A DNA stretch of 64,000 nucleotides from an uncultured Candidatus Binatia bacterium (GTDB lineage Bacteria; Desulfobacterota; Binatia; Bin18): assembly GCA_965214755.1 (NCBI GenBank), contig OZ243979.1, forward strand, positions 3,530,229-3,594,228. Reading direction: 5' to 3'. Below are positions 7,851-17,381 of this stretch, piece by piece. The notes beneath the pieces were generated by a model, which did not search any database, was not told where the DNA came from, and worked only from the letters and a program-made list of their open reading frames with translations. The translations under genes were made by a program, and so were the position numbers. Positions within the stretch are counted from its first letter, which is position 1. Each line of letters opens with the position of its first letter.

Positions 7851-8822
7851 ATGGAAATTCTGGCAGAAGGGCAGGGCGCATATCTTCCACCTGATCCCGA
7901 TGGATTCCGCGCCTGGGTGAGAGACAACAAGCCGCGGACGCTCGTGCCTAAAATGCTGAACGAGCACGAGGCCATCGAGAAGTTTGTCTCTGATGGAGAC
8001 TATGTGGCGTATGACTGCAACTACTTCCAGCGGGGGCCGAGTTCGCTGATCCGCGAGATTCTTCGCCAAAAGAAAAAGGACCTGTGGGTCTGCGGGAAAT
8101 TCACCTATGTTGCGCTCGCGCTACTTGTCGAAGGAGGCTGTGCCACCAGGGCGGATATCGGGTTCGTTGGTTTTGGTCCGTGGTTGTCCAAGGCGGTCGC
8201 AGCGGGTCGCCTCCAAACCTACGAGTACTCAAATGTAGTGATGACCTATCGTCTACAGGCAGGCGCCCAAGGCTTACCGTTTATTGGCGTGCGGTCGTTT
8301 GGTGGGACCGAGGGCTTTCCCCAATCCGGGGCCAAGCTGGTCAAAGACCCGTTTTCGGGTAAGCCGGTTGTCCTGCTGCCCGCACTGAACCCAGATGTTT
8401 CGATCATCCATGCGCATCAGGCTGACGTGTACGGCAACGCCCGCGTCTTTGGCACTGGCATCTCCCATGTTGACTGTGCCTTAGCGTCCAAAAGGGTCAT
8501 TGTGTCCGCCGAAGAGATCATTGAAACGGATGAATTTCGACGCGACCCGGCCCGGACCGCTATCCCCCACTTTACGGTCGATGCCGTCGTCCATGCGCCG
8601 TTTGGTGCCTATCCGGGAACGGTCCAGGGACGCTATACCTCAGATGTCCCGCACGTTGTCGAGTGTTTCGGCGGGACCATGCGCGGCGACCTGCAACCCT
8701 ATCTTGAAAAATGGGTGTATAGTGTCGATTCGCACGACGAAATGTTGGAAAAGCGCGTGGGGTGGAAAAAACTCCAAGAGCTACAACGACGCGAAACCAT
8801 TCGGGAGGGCTACTCGATATGA
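7851..8822 (+). CDS. CoA-transferase subunit A (glutaconate CoA-transferase-like, family I)
   Basis: ATG 7851 after GAGGAGG. Sequence character of family I CoA-transferase A subunits. ATGA overlap with the following subunit B gene. Confidence 0.75.
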   Translation: MEILAEGQGAYLPPDPDGFRAWVRDNKPRTLVPKMLNEHEAIEKFVSDGDYVAYDCNYFQRGPSSLIREILRQKKKDLWVCGKFTYVALALLVEGGCATRADIGFVGFGPWLSKAVAAGRLQTYEYSNVVMTYRLQAGAQGLPFIGVRSFGGTEGFPQSGAKLVKDPFSGKPVVLLPALNPDVSIIHAHQADVYGNARVFGTGISHVDCALASKRVIVSAEEIIETDEFRRDPARTAIPHFTVDAVVHAPFGAYPGTVQGRYTSDVPHVVECFGGTMRGDLQPYLEKWVYSVDSHDEMLEKRVGWKKLQELQRRETIREGYSI

Positions 8823-9670
8823 CACCGGCCACACATTTTGCGGAACGAGAGCATTTGATCTGTGCCGTCTCGCGGGTCATTGAGGAAGAAAAAAGCTATT
8901 GGGTCGGTGGCGGCGGAGAACCCTTATACAGCATTTTACTGGCCCAGCGGCTGTACGCATCAGGCGTCCAATACATGACCGAGGATGGCGTGATTGCCCC
9001 GCAATCCATGATGCCCTGGGACCCCCTGATGACCATGGTGGCCTCACGCGCCGGCTATCGCGCGCTCCAGTGGGGGACCATGAATACGGCGGGCAATTTT
9101 GCCCAACTCGGCTATGTCGATGTCGGTATCCTCAACACTCTCCAGGTCGATCGCTACGGGAATATCAATTCCACCGTACTGGGAGAATACGAAGGTGGCC
9201 AGGGTCGGCGCTTTGGCGGACCGGGTGGTGCCGATACGATTGCCGCTCAGTGCTGGCGCACAATTCTGATGACCGACCAGCAAAAGCGGAAGTTCCCCGA
9301 ACGGGTGGATTTTATCTCATCCCCGGGCTTTCTCGACGGACCAGGCGCGCGCGAGGCAAACGGCCTGCCCCTGGGCACCGGTCCGTGGCGTGTGTTCACC
9401 CCGTGGGCGATGTTCGGCTATGAAGAAAAGTCGTGTGAGCTGATGCTTATGGCGATTTCCCCGTTTGTTACGATTGATATGGTCCTGGCAGAGATGTCCT
9501 TTGAGCCGAAGATGGCCCCGGCCATCGAAACGCTTGATCCACCCATGGAAGAAGAGTTGGAGATCATCCGCACCCAGCTTGATACGGATGGACAAACAAC
9601 GGGCCGCGGGCAGTGGGTCGAAAAACGGGACGGCAAATACGTCTTTGCCGAAACGCAGGGACGCGAGTAA
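8819..9670 (+). CDS. CoA-transferase subunit B
   Basis: ATG 8819 overlaps the stop of subunit A (ATGA). MTPATHFAEREHLICAVSRVI... is typical of B subunits. Confidence 0.75.
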   Translation: MTPATHFAEREHLICAVSRVIEEEKSYWVGGGGEPLYSILLAQRLYASGVQYMTEDGVIAPQSMMPWDPLMTMVASRAGYRALQWGTMNTAGNFAQLGYVDVGILNTLQVDRYGNINSTVLGEYEGGQGRRFGGPGGADTIAAQCWRTILMTDQQKRKFPERVDFISSPGFLDGPGAREANGLPLGTGPWRVFTPWAMFGYEEKSCELMLMAISPFVTIDMVLAEMSFEPKMAPAIETLDPPMEEELEIIRTQLDTDGQTTGRGQWVEKRDGKYVFAETQGRE

Positions 9671-9727
9671 GGGGTCTCAACGTCTTTGCGTCTGTCTTTT
9701 GCTGGTAGGCAAGGGGCGAGCGATGTA

Positions 9728-10312
9728 TTACTCCTCGCCGCTCCTCACACGATCAATATTCTGCCCTGTTTCTTCCGCCCATTGCCGAGTGATTTTTTCC
9801 AGCCGTGCCGCGTTTGTGTTCGTCAGACCATGAATAAAGCGTCCCACCTTTGTCTGCCGCCAGATGGGAAGCCTTTTGTGCTCCGGCATTGACTCAAAGG
9901 GGAAAAAGGTCTCACGATACAGTGCAGCTGCGATTTCACGGGTCTGTTTTTTGTCAAGATTGTCCCAGCACCAACGGAAAAACTCTTGGAGTTGAAAGAC
10001 GACGAGGGTGAAGAAAAAAGTTTCTAGCCACTCCTTGGGTGCCATCTTTTTTGGTTGCCGCGGGGCCGGCTCGCTCTCCTTTGCCTTCTTTTGGGAGGCT
10101 TCAGCTTTTTTCTTTGTGACCGATTTCTTCACGGTCCGTGCTGTCTGTGGTCGCGCCACTTTTTTCAGCCGTGCTGCTGTTTTCTGCTCTTTTTGCACCT
10201 CCCTCGCCATCGCTGTATCATACCAAGACTTCTCCTTGCGTCCATCGCTTTCTGAAATGGGCTGATAATTTTTCTCTGTAATATATTCCCCCCGTTGGTC
10301 TGTTTTGGACAA
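9728..10312 (-). CDS. hypothetical Lys-rich protein
   Basis: 194 aa ORF with a TTG start (start uncertain). Basic low-complexity centre and a structured-looking C-terminal half. No family recognised. Confidence 0.5.
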   Translation of the reverse strand: MSKTDQRGEYITEKNYQPISESDGRKEKSWYDTAMAREVQKEQKTAARLKKVARPQTARTVKKSVTKKKAEASQKKAKESEPAPRQPKKMAPKEWLETFFFTLVVFQLQEFFRWCWDNLDKKQTREIAAALYRETFFPFESMPEHKRLPIWRQTKVGRFIHGLTNTNAARLEKITRQWAEETGQNIDRVRSGEE

Positions 10313-10440
10313 AAGTCTTTTTACAACAGTGACTTAAACAATGTCCGACGAAGAGCTTTCTCTGGGAAAGGCCGTTCTCTCCACGGTGATGAAGGTAGTG
10401 TAGACAAGGCGACCTTACCTCTGGAATCGGCGGTTAAAGG

Positions 10441-11511
10441 CTAGATACCTCCGGACGAATCCGCAGGCGTCTCTTCTCGTCGAGGGCCAGAGTCCAGCAG
10501 CCCGCACGCTTCGGCGATGAGTTCATAGGAGCGCACGCGCTTGGAAAAGTCATAACAGATCGTAACAATGCCGAGGTCCGTGGTCTGAAAGACCTCGGCC
10601 AAGTGTTCGAGTTGCTCTTTCACCTGCTGCGGGTCTCCGTCAACATTAGAACGGCGGTACTGTTCCAGATAGGCCAGTTCGTCAGTGCTGTACGGATAGG
10701 TGCGGGCTTCCTCAGGTGTGGGGACCCCCTGCCGGCGGCCCCGAATGATATTCAGCCGCACCAGACTTCTACTGGCCGACAGATAGTGCGCCTCTTCTTC
10801 GGTCTCCGCACATAAAGCCTGCACGGCCACATTGACTTTGGGCTCGGCCAGCAACTCCGAGGGACGAAAGTGGCGGCGGTAGCTCTCAACAATGGCCGGA
10901 CCATGCTGAACACCCATACCGAAGAAATAGGCATAGCTGAACGGCAGACCCCGCTCAGCAGCAATAAGGGCAGAGTCAATGCCCGAGCCGAGCAACCACA
11001 CTTCCGGCGTGGTGCCGGCTGTGGGTCCGGCATGCACATCGGCAAAACGATGGTCCGGAGGGAGATCATCTGCCAGGTAGGCGATCAGGTCATCGACCTG
11101 TTCGGGGTAATACCGAATATCGCGGGGTTGACCAGGATAGGAGAGCGCAACCGCGGTTCGTTGATCGCTTCCGGGCGCGCGGCCAAGACCGAGGTCTATG
11201 CGGCCAGGATAAAAGGATTCAAGGACGCGGAATATCTCGGCAACTTTGAGGGCGCTGTAGTGGGACAGCATCACGCCCCCGCTTCCGACTCGAATATGTT
11301 GCGTGTGGGCAGCAATCTGGCCAATCACGATTTCCGGGCTGGTACCGGCGAAACCGGGCAGATTGTGATGCTCGGCCACCCAGAAGCGTTCATAGCCGAA
11401 TTTTTCCACCGCCTCAGCAAGCGCGACCGTCTCCCGTAACGCTTGGGCGGCCGTGCCTCCTTGTCGGACAGGAGACTGGTCCGCCACGCTCAAATGCAGT
11501 TGTTGGGCCAT
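10441..11511 (-). CDS. LLM-class flavin-dependent oxidoreductase (YhbW/MsnO8-like)
   Basis: N-terminus LSVADQSPV...ETVALAEAVEKFGYERFWVAEHHN..FAGTSPEIVIGQIAA.T..IRVGSGGVML.HY is characteristic of this subfamily (from memory). Confidence 0.85.
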   Translation of the reverse strand: MAQQLHLSVADQSPVRQGGTAAQALRETVALAEAVEKFGYERFWVAEHHNLPGFAGTSPEIVIGQIAAHTQHIRVGSGGVMLSHYSALKVAEIFRVLESFYPGRIDLGLGRAPGSDQRTAVALSYPGQPRDIRYYPEQVDDLIAYLADDLPPDHRFADVHAGPTAGTTPEVWLLGSGIDSALIAAERGLPFSYAYFFGMGVQHGPAIVESYRRHFRPSELLAEPKVNVAVQALCAETEEEAHYLSASRSLVRLNIIRGRRQGVPTPEEARTYPYSTDELAYLEQYRRSNVDGDPQQVKEQLEHLAEVFQTTDLGIVTICYDFSKRVRSYELIAEACGLLDSGPRREETPADSSGGI

Positions 11512-11516
11512 GGCTT

Positions 11517-11545
11517 AAAAAAAGGGCAGCCCCATAAGGCTGCCC
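11517..11545 (-). terminator. rho-independent terminator after the esterase gene
   Basis: Minus-strand GGGCAGCC-ttatgg-GGCTGCCC followed by TTTTTTT, about 27 nt after the stop at 11573. Confidence 0.75.
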
Positions 11546-11572
11546 CGTGCTGCACTGTCTACGGAGAAGGGT

Positions 11573-12457
11573 CTAGGCCGTCTGTTCCTTAAAGAACGCC
11601 CCGATCTCTTCAATAGCCTGCTGGCCTTCGGGAAGAATCGGTGCAAACAAATGCCACACATGCGGCATTTCATCCCAGACTTTCAATGTTACATCGACAT
11701 CGGCTTTCCGGGCTCGTTCTGTGATTCTTGTGGAGTCGTCCAACAAGGTCTCTGCATCCCCGACCTGGATCAGCAATGGCGGCAGACCCGCAAGATTGGC
11801 GTGCAACGGAGCGGCCAGCGGGTTTTTCGGGTCCGCGCCGCCCAAATACAGCTTGGCCATACCGAGCAGGCCTTCTTTCTGGACAACCGGATCGACCGCC
11901 GCCCGGGTGGTCATCGACTCTCCTGCGCCCTCCATATCGACCCAGGGCGAAATACCAATGCCCGCCGCAGGCAAAGGCTCCCCCGCGTCACGAATAGCGA
12001 TGAGTGCGGCAAGCGCAAGGCCGCCGCCGGCCGAGTCTCCGGCAATAGCGATATGTGAGGCCTGAATCCCTTGTCCGAGCAACCACCGGTAGGCCGCCAC
12101 CGCATCATCGACTGGAGCGGGGAAGGGATGCTCTGGAGCCAGACGATAGTTGAGAGAGAGCACACGGGCACCCGCTGCCTGCGACAGACGACCGGTCATG
12201 TCCCGGTGGGAGCCGGCGGAGCCCATCACATAGCCGCCCCCATGGACATACAAGATGACCTTATCCTGGTCAGCGCCATCGGCAACGCTCCATTCGGCAG
12301 ACACCCCACCCGCGTCAACCGGGGTACACGTCACCCCAGCCGGGGCTTGCGCTTCAATCATGATCGCGCGCATATCGTTGATATCCTTGGCCTCGGCCAT
12401 CTGCGCCCCCATCTCTTTGAACATATCGAGGGCCTGCTGTAGTTGTGGACTTGCCAT
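11573..12457 (-). CDS. alpha/beta hydrolase, HSL-type esterase/lipase
   Basis: HGGGY oxyanion motif and GDSAGG nucleophile elbow. Confidence 0.85.
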   Translation of the reverse strand: MASPQLQQALDMFKEMGAQMAEAKDINDMRAIMIEAQAPAGVTCTPVDAGGVSAEWSVADGADQDKVILYVHGGGYVMGSAGSHRDMTGRLSQAAGARVLSLNYRLAPEHPFPAPVDDAVAAYRWLLGQGIQASHIAIAGDSAGGGLALAALIAIRDAGEPLPAAGIGISPWVDMEGAGESMTTRAAVDPVVQKEGLLGMAKLYLGGADPKNPLAAPLHANLAGLPPLLIQVGDAETLLDDSTRITERARKADVDVTLKVWDEMPHVWHLFAPILPEGQQAIEEIGAFFKEQTA

Positions 12458-12540
12458 AAAGAACCTCCTTTTTACAGATCAATCGTAGAGACGTATAACC
12501 GGTACAGCCCCGGCTGGGTATTGTCAACTCAAAACGGACC

Positions 12541-12595
12541 GAAGAGTACACGTGTCCTCCAATCGTTTATACAAAGCTGGACACGTGTACTCTTT
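12541..12595 (-). repeat. HPE copy 4 (orientation B), intergenic
   Basis: gaagagtacacgtgtcctccaatcgtttatacaaagctggacacgtgtactcttt. Perfect 16 bp arms with a compensated A>C / T>G pair relative to consensus. Confidence 0.9.
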
Positions 12596-12603
12596 AGGAC
12601 GCC

Positions 12604-12873
12604 CTAGGCGACCCAGCCATACTGAAAGGTATGGATCGTGCCGGGCGGATACCACCACTGGCCGGTCTGACATAAGGGACACGTTTTTGGCGTGGACCCC
12701 CGTTTATATTCCGGGACACCGGCCATGGCTTGCACTGCGCCTTCAAAGGTCCCATCTCGGGTGACCTTCTTCGTCAGCAAGTAGAGTCCCATGCCACAAT
12801 CAGGACACGACAGAATCGTGCCGGCATTCAAAAACGGGAGCGAAGTAATCTGATCCGGGAAGGGCTGCGGCAT
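12604..12873 (-). CDS. small zinc-ribbon protein (89 aa)
   Basis: ATG 12873 preceded by GGAGGGGACA. CPDC...CPLC cysteine pairs. Confidence 0.55.
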   Translation of the reverse strand: MPQPFPDQITSLPFLNAGTILSCPDCGMGLYLLTKKVTRDGTFEGAVQAMAGVPEYKRGSTPKTCPLCQTGQWWYPPGTIHTFQYGWVA

Positions 12874-12889
12874 TGTCCCCTCCAAATAC

Positions 12890-14164
12890 TCAGACCCGCC
12901 GTTGGCGCTGGGTCTGCTGCGCCTGAGCCGCAAACTCAGACGGCTTCATAATGAGCGAGCCTTTGGATTCTTCCTGTTGGTGTTGCTTTTCTTCCGTGTA
13001 GTGCAGGCCGATGCTCTGCTGGACCAATCCTTCACAAAAGGGAATGCCACTGCCACTCGCCCCCTCTTTTTGGAGGGCAAGCGACACGGCCAGGGCGCGT
13101 TGGGCTGACGTTACACGTCCGGTTGCCGCAAAATACAGCGCCATTTCTTCCAAGCGCCGTGCGTAGACCTGACCGCTCTCCCCTGAGAACACTTCGGCAA
13201 TCGCTTGTTTGATGACATCGTCCACCCGGTCTTTTTGCTGGTGCTGATTCAGCACCAAGGGGCTCTCCTGCGCACTGGTTATCTTTTCGACATAGGGCTT
13301 GGCCTGTTCAGCGTCAAACACCCACCGCTGCATTTCCGGCTCTTCGGCAAGCTGGATGGATGTGGCCAGGAACGTTTCGTCGGCGGCGACCGTCTGACGA
13401 TCTACACTGTCCGGTAGTGGCACTGTTTGGGGTAAAGAGTGAACGTGTCCAGCTTCGTCGGAACGATTGGAGGACGCGTTTACTCTTTCTGTCGGCGTAG
13501 TTAAAACAAAAGACCGAAGCGCGGGGTAGGATTCGACCTCTTTTTTGTCCTGTTCCTTGGCCCGTTCATAGCCTTCCTGCATCAGAAAAGCACAATACTG
13601 CCACGACACCTGAACCATGGTCACGCCGCGGTGGTTGAGCAAGTCCTGAAGCACCTGACGCAGCGTTTTTCTCGATATTTCCGTGCCATCAATAGAGCGC
13701 ATCCCCTCGGGCTCGTTGATTAGCGCAGACAAGAAATGCAGCCCGCCGCCAACACGCGATTTCACTATCCAAACGAGGCGATCACCGCGCCCATCCATTG
13801 CGGACAGATACCCTTCCGGTTCAATCGGGGTGAGAATGGACTTGCCCGCTCCCTTTTGCGGTCGGTCGGTCTGTATCCCTTTTTGCGACAGGCGATAGAG
13901 GGCACGGCTAATCTCTTTACGTAAACGCTTATCAGTGGCCTGCTCTGTCCAATCCACTAGGAACTGGGCCGACTCTGCCGTCTGGACCTCGCCCAGTAAA
14001 GCGGCCAAAGCCACGTCGGCGTCAGCATCCTGTCCTATGCGCTCACGCAGGCTGGCAATATCCAGGCTACGGTCTTGTCCGGCAGAGGGCTGAATTCCCC
14101 ATTCTTCCAGCGCTTTTTTGCCTCGTGCCAGGCATGGGTCGTGCTTCGCACTCTTTTTCGCCAT
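12890..14164 (-). CDS. hypothetical protein (424 aa)
   Basis: Long ORF with protein-like composition. No family recognised. Carries HPE copy 5 in frame. Confidence 0.65.
   Translation of the reverse strand: MAKKSAKHDPCLARGKKALEEWGIQPSAGQDRSLDIASLRERIGQDADADVALAALLGEVQTAESAQFLVDWTEQATDKRLRKEISRALYRLSQKGIQTDRPQKGAGKSILTPIEPEGYLSAMDGRGDRLVWIVKSRVGGGLHFLSALINEPEGMRSIDGTEISRKTLRQVLQDLLNHRGVTMVQVSWQYCAFLMQEGYERAKEQDKKEVESYPALRSFVLTTPTERVNASSNRSDEAGHVHSLPQTVPLPDSVDRQTVAADETFLATSIQLAEEPEMQRWVFDAEQAKPYVEKITSAQESPLVLNQHQQKDRVDDVIKQAIAEVFSGESGQVYARRLEEMALYFAATGRVTSAQRALAVSLALQKEGASGSGIPFCEGLVQQSIGLHYTEEKQHQQEESKGSLIMKPSEFAAQAQQTQRQRRV
13434..13488 (+). repeat. HPE copy 5 (orientation A), intragenic and in frame
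   Basis: aaagagtgaacgtgtccagcttcgtcggaacgattggaggacgcgtttactcttt. Read on the minus strand as ERVNASSNRSDEAGHVHSL. Confidence 0.85.
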
Positions 14165-14293
14165 GTATTCCTCCCTAGGGCTGCTCGCAGCTTATCCAGC
14201 CGGCTCCTTGACTGTCAACTGGATTCGCTCCCTCACTGGTCTAGCCTGCATAGGGTATTGTTGTTAGGTAGGGGGCACGGAGGTTGAGGCAGG

Positions 14294-15481
14294 ATGGCGA
14301 CAGCGCGTTTTTGTCCACAGTGCGGGACAAAGACTATCCCCAAAGCACATTTCTGTACGAATTGTGGGGAAGCCCTTGGAGGCAAGGCCGGTGGGCAGCA
14401 GGCCCAGAAATCGGCCACCCCATCAGCGGCAGGCGCCCAGCGGTTGCCACTCCCCGGCCTCATCGTTTTGTCCTGCTACCTCGCCGTGGGTATCGGACTC
14501 TGGGTATTTGTCCTGCGGACAGAGCCGTTCGCCCCGACCCCGACCGGTTCCCCTCAAGCCAGTACGGGCGGCTCGGCCTTGCCCCAGAATCATCCCGAGG
14601 TTGCCTTGCCCGAGGAGGTGAAGAGGCGTATTGCGGAACTGGTTGCCCAGGCCAATGCCGCCCCGCAAGACCCCAACGCCTGGCGGACTCTGGCTGAAGT
14701 CCAGTTTCGGGCGTCGCAGCTTGATGCCAGCTATCGCAGTGCGGCCCTGGCTTCCTATCGCAAGCTGTTTGAGCTTGCCCCGAGTGATCTGGATGCGCTG
14801 CGCGGCTTGGGGAATGTCTACTACGACCTTGAGGAACATCACCAGGCGATCGAGTATTATCAGCGCTACTTGGCGCTGAAACCGGATGATGCCAGCGTGG
14901 CGACCGACCTCGGGACCATGTATCTCTATACCGGCCAGGTCGACCAAGCCATCGCGTTCTATCAATCCGTCCTGGCCAAGCAGCCAACCTTCTTTCAGGC
15001 CCATTTTAACCTGGGGGTTGCCTACCAAGAGAAGGGTATGCCCGACCAAGCGGTCGCCTCATTACAGCAGGCCAAGAGTCTGACGGATAACACGGCCATT
15101 CAGGCCCGTATCGACCAGCTCCTGGAACAATTCTCGAACGGGACGGCCCCATCCCGAACCGCATCACCCCCCCCTAATAGGGGGGGGCAGGGAGAGGCGT
15201 CACCGTTTCAGCAAGCAGTGGAAGCGCTCTTTCGCTCGCATGAAATGATGGCGCCCAAAATCGTCCGTATCGAGTGGCTGTCGCAAACCCAGGCCAGGGT
15301 CTTCTTTCGCAATTTTCCCATGGCTGGTATGCCTCAGACTGTCCGAGACAGTTTCAGAGAAAAACTTCAGAGCCAGCTTAGCGCCGCCCGGCAAAAGACC
15401 GGTAGCAGTGGCTTGGCGACCGTTGAGCTTATCGATATTGATACCCGGCAAGTCATGGAGACTCTCACGACTCCCTCATAA
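14294..15481 (+). CDS. zinc-ribbon / transmembrane / TPR-repeat protein
   Basis: N-terminal CPQCG...CTNCG, a hydrophobic segment (LIVLSCYLAVGIGLWVFVL), then TPR-like repeats (NVYYDLEEHHQAIEYYQRYLALKPDD etc.). Confidence 0.8.
   Translation: MATARFCPQCGTKTIPKAHFCTNCGEALGGKAGGQQAQKSATPSAAGAQRLPLPGLIVLSCYLAVGIGLWVFVLRTEPFAPTPTGSPQASTGGSALPQNHPEVALPEEVKRRIAELVAQANAAPQDPNAWRTLAEVQFRASQLDASYRSAALASYRKLFELAPSDLDALRGLGNVYYDLEEHHQAIEYYQRYLALKPDDASVATDLGTMYLYTGQVDQAIAFYQSVLAKQPTFFQAHFNLGVAYQEKGMPDQAVASLQQAKSLTDNTAIQARIDQLLEQFSNGTAPSRTASPPPNRGGQGEASPFQQAVEALFRSHEMMAPKIVRIEWLSQTQARVFFRNFPMAGMPQTVRDSFREKLQSQLSAARQKTGSSGLATVELIDIDTRQVMETLTTPS
15167..15187. repeat. C-run/G-run mini-palindrome P2
   Basis: CCCCCCCC-TAATA-GGGGGGGG (followed by CA-GGGAGAGG) inside the TPR CDS, read as SPPPNRGGQGE. 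Confidence 0.7.
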
Positions 15482-15535
15482 AAGAGTACACGTGTCCAGC
15501 TTTGTATGAACGATTGGAGGAGACGTTTACTCTTT
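15481..15535 (+). repeat. HPE copy 6 (orientation A), between the TPR gene and the AAA+ gene
   Basis: aaagagtacacgtgtccagctttgtatgaacgattggaggagacgtttactcttt. Its first base is the last base of the TAA stop (15479-15481). Confidence 0.9.
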
Positions 15536-15551
15536 GGAAACGAACACGATT

Positions 15552-16379
15552 ATGAGCGAAGATACTACTCCGAATGGTATGGTTCCGTTTTATTTACCCA
15601 TAGGTGATGAGGTCGAAATTTTTCGGGCCGCCTATGAGTGTCGTCTGCCCGTGCTGCTCAAAGGCCCGACCGGCTGCGGCAAGACCCGTTTTGTCGAGCA
15701 TATGGCCCATGTGCTCATGCCGAACCGCGGTGAGGAAGCCCCCGAAAACATTGTTACAGTCGCCTGCCATGAAGACCTGACGGGAAGTGATCTGGTCGGA
15801 CGGTATCTGATCAAGGGCGATGATACCGTCTGGGTGGACGGACCGCTGACCCAGGCGGTCCGCACTGGGGCGATTTGTTATCTGGACGAGATCGTGGAAG
15901 CGCGCAAGGATACCATTGTCCTCATCCATCCGCTGACCGACCATCGGCGCATTCTGCCGGTCGATAAGCGGGCCGAAATCCTTGAGGCGCATGAGAACTT
16001 TCTGCTGGTTATCTCGTATAACCCCGGCTACCAGAGTATCCTCAAAGACCTCAAACACTCCACGCGGCAGCGCTTTGTCACGGTTGAGTTCACCTACCCG
16101 CCCCGCGATAAGGAAGCCGAGATCATTGCCCACGAGAGCGATTTGCCCCTGGAAACCGCGCTCGACCTTGCCAAGCTGGGCGAAAAGGTCCGCCATCTGA
16201 AAGCCAGTGGCCTTGAAGAAGGCGTCAGCACTCGGTTGCTCATTTATTCTGGCCAGCTCATTCGCCAGGGCGTGACACCGCGTCGCGCGTGTACGGTTGC
16301 CGTCTCCCGTTCACTGACGGACGATAACGACTCCCAGCGCGCGATTGATGAGGTCATTAACGCGATTTTTCCAGAATAG
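15552..16379 (+). CDS. CbbQ/NirQ/NorQ-family MoxR-type AAA+ ATPase
   Basis: [11 protein letters not shown]...[21 protein letters not shown] (Walker A), YLDEIVEA (Walker B). ATG 15552 preferred over the TTG at 15534 listed by the ORF track. Confidence 0.85.
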   Translation: MSEDTTPNGMVPFYLPIGDEVEIFRAAYECRLPVLLKGPTGCGKTRFVEHMAHVLMPNRGEEAPENIVTVACHEDLTGSDLVGRYLIKGDDTVWVDGPLTQAVRTGAICYLDEIVEARKDTIVLIHPLTDHRRILPVDKRAEILEAHENFLLVISYNPGYQSILKDLKHSTRQRFVTVEFTYPPRDKEAEIIAHESDLPLETALDLAKLGEKVRHLKASGLEEGVSTRLLIYSGQLIRQGVTPRRACTVAVSRSLTDDNDSQRAIDEVINAIFPE

Positions 16380-16595
16380 GTTTATTGCCCGGTCTACTGA
16401 AGGCGTACCAGGCGAAGACTCTTCTCCGTATCAAAACTCAGCGCTCTTGGGTAAACCAACACACAGATGGCGCAATATGCCAAGGAGTAGAAAATCGAAG
16501 AGGTTGGGGGGTGTTTTTCTGCAATCGCCCATACTGTCGGCGAAAGGCGACTGGCAGACAAGACATGGAGGGCATCTGTCGCGTAGGGCCATGAT

Positions 16596-17381
16596 CTAGT
16601 CGCTAGACGCAGGGGGCATTTTTCTCCATTCGCTGAGAGTCTCGGCCTCTATCGCTTGCAAGTCTTCCCTGGTAAGAGCCTTCGTTTTTTCCCGGCTCAT
16701 AAGTCCAGCCAGCTCACAGCTGACCATAGTCGTAACCACGAACTCTTGCCAATTCTCGCGGTCATCGCTGCCGCTGAATGGGAGGCTCACCTCTCGTCCC
16801 AGCTGCCAGAGCCGGAAGCTCAGAAATTTGACTCGGGCGTCAGCATCTCGGACGGCCCAAACGTACTCGGAACTGAGATCGCAATCAAGGTCGCTAAGAT
16901 GGTGGAGAGCCGCGAAGTCTTCTCCACGAAGGTCTTGGCAGATACGCTCCAAAAAATATCCGTGGAGGCCATAATGGCGAAGGTCAGCGTGCTCCAAAGC
17001 CCTTTCCTCCCCTAGCCTCGATAGGTCGTCACCCGATGGGACGATCTTCTCAATATCTGGGACAAAGTCGCTGGGGAGGTCGCTTACGTAGCGGCTATTA
17101 GCAGCGGCGACCTCGCAGCCTAGCACTATCCCGCGAGCAAACTGCGTAAGCTCAAGACGGTCGGTAAATACCGGCGGCGGTGTGATTGTCCACGGACTTG
17201 AGCCTGAACCGGGAGCAGACCAGAGCCCCCAGAGCCTGGACGAGAGAAACTCCAGCCTGCCGTTCGCCTCGTTTTCGTAGGTGTCGGTCGTCTGAATATC
17301 CAGAGCGCGGCCTTGCGGGAGGCGCTTTAGAACTGCATTGCGTGCCATTCTCCGTATCGCGTTCATCCGTCTCATCATCAT
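16596..17381 (-). CDS. hypothetical protein (261 aa)
   Basis: ORF with protein-like composition. No family recognised. Borders a low-GC patch. Confidence 0.5.
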   Translation of the reverse strand: MMMRRMNAIRRMARNAVLKRLPQGRALDIQTTDTYENEANGRLEFLSSRLWGLWSAPGSGSSPWTITPPPVFTDRLELTQFARGIVLGCEVAAANSRYVSDLPSDFVPDIEKIVPSGDDLSRLGEERALEHADLRHYGLHGYFLERICQDLRGEDFAALHHLSDLDCDLSSEYVWAVRDADARVKFLSFRLWQLGREVSLPFSGSDDRENWQEFVVTTMVSCELAGLMSREKTKALTREDLQAIEAETLSEWRKMPPASSD

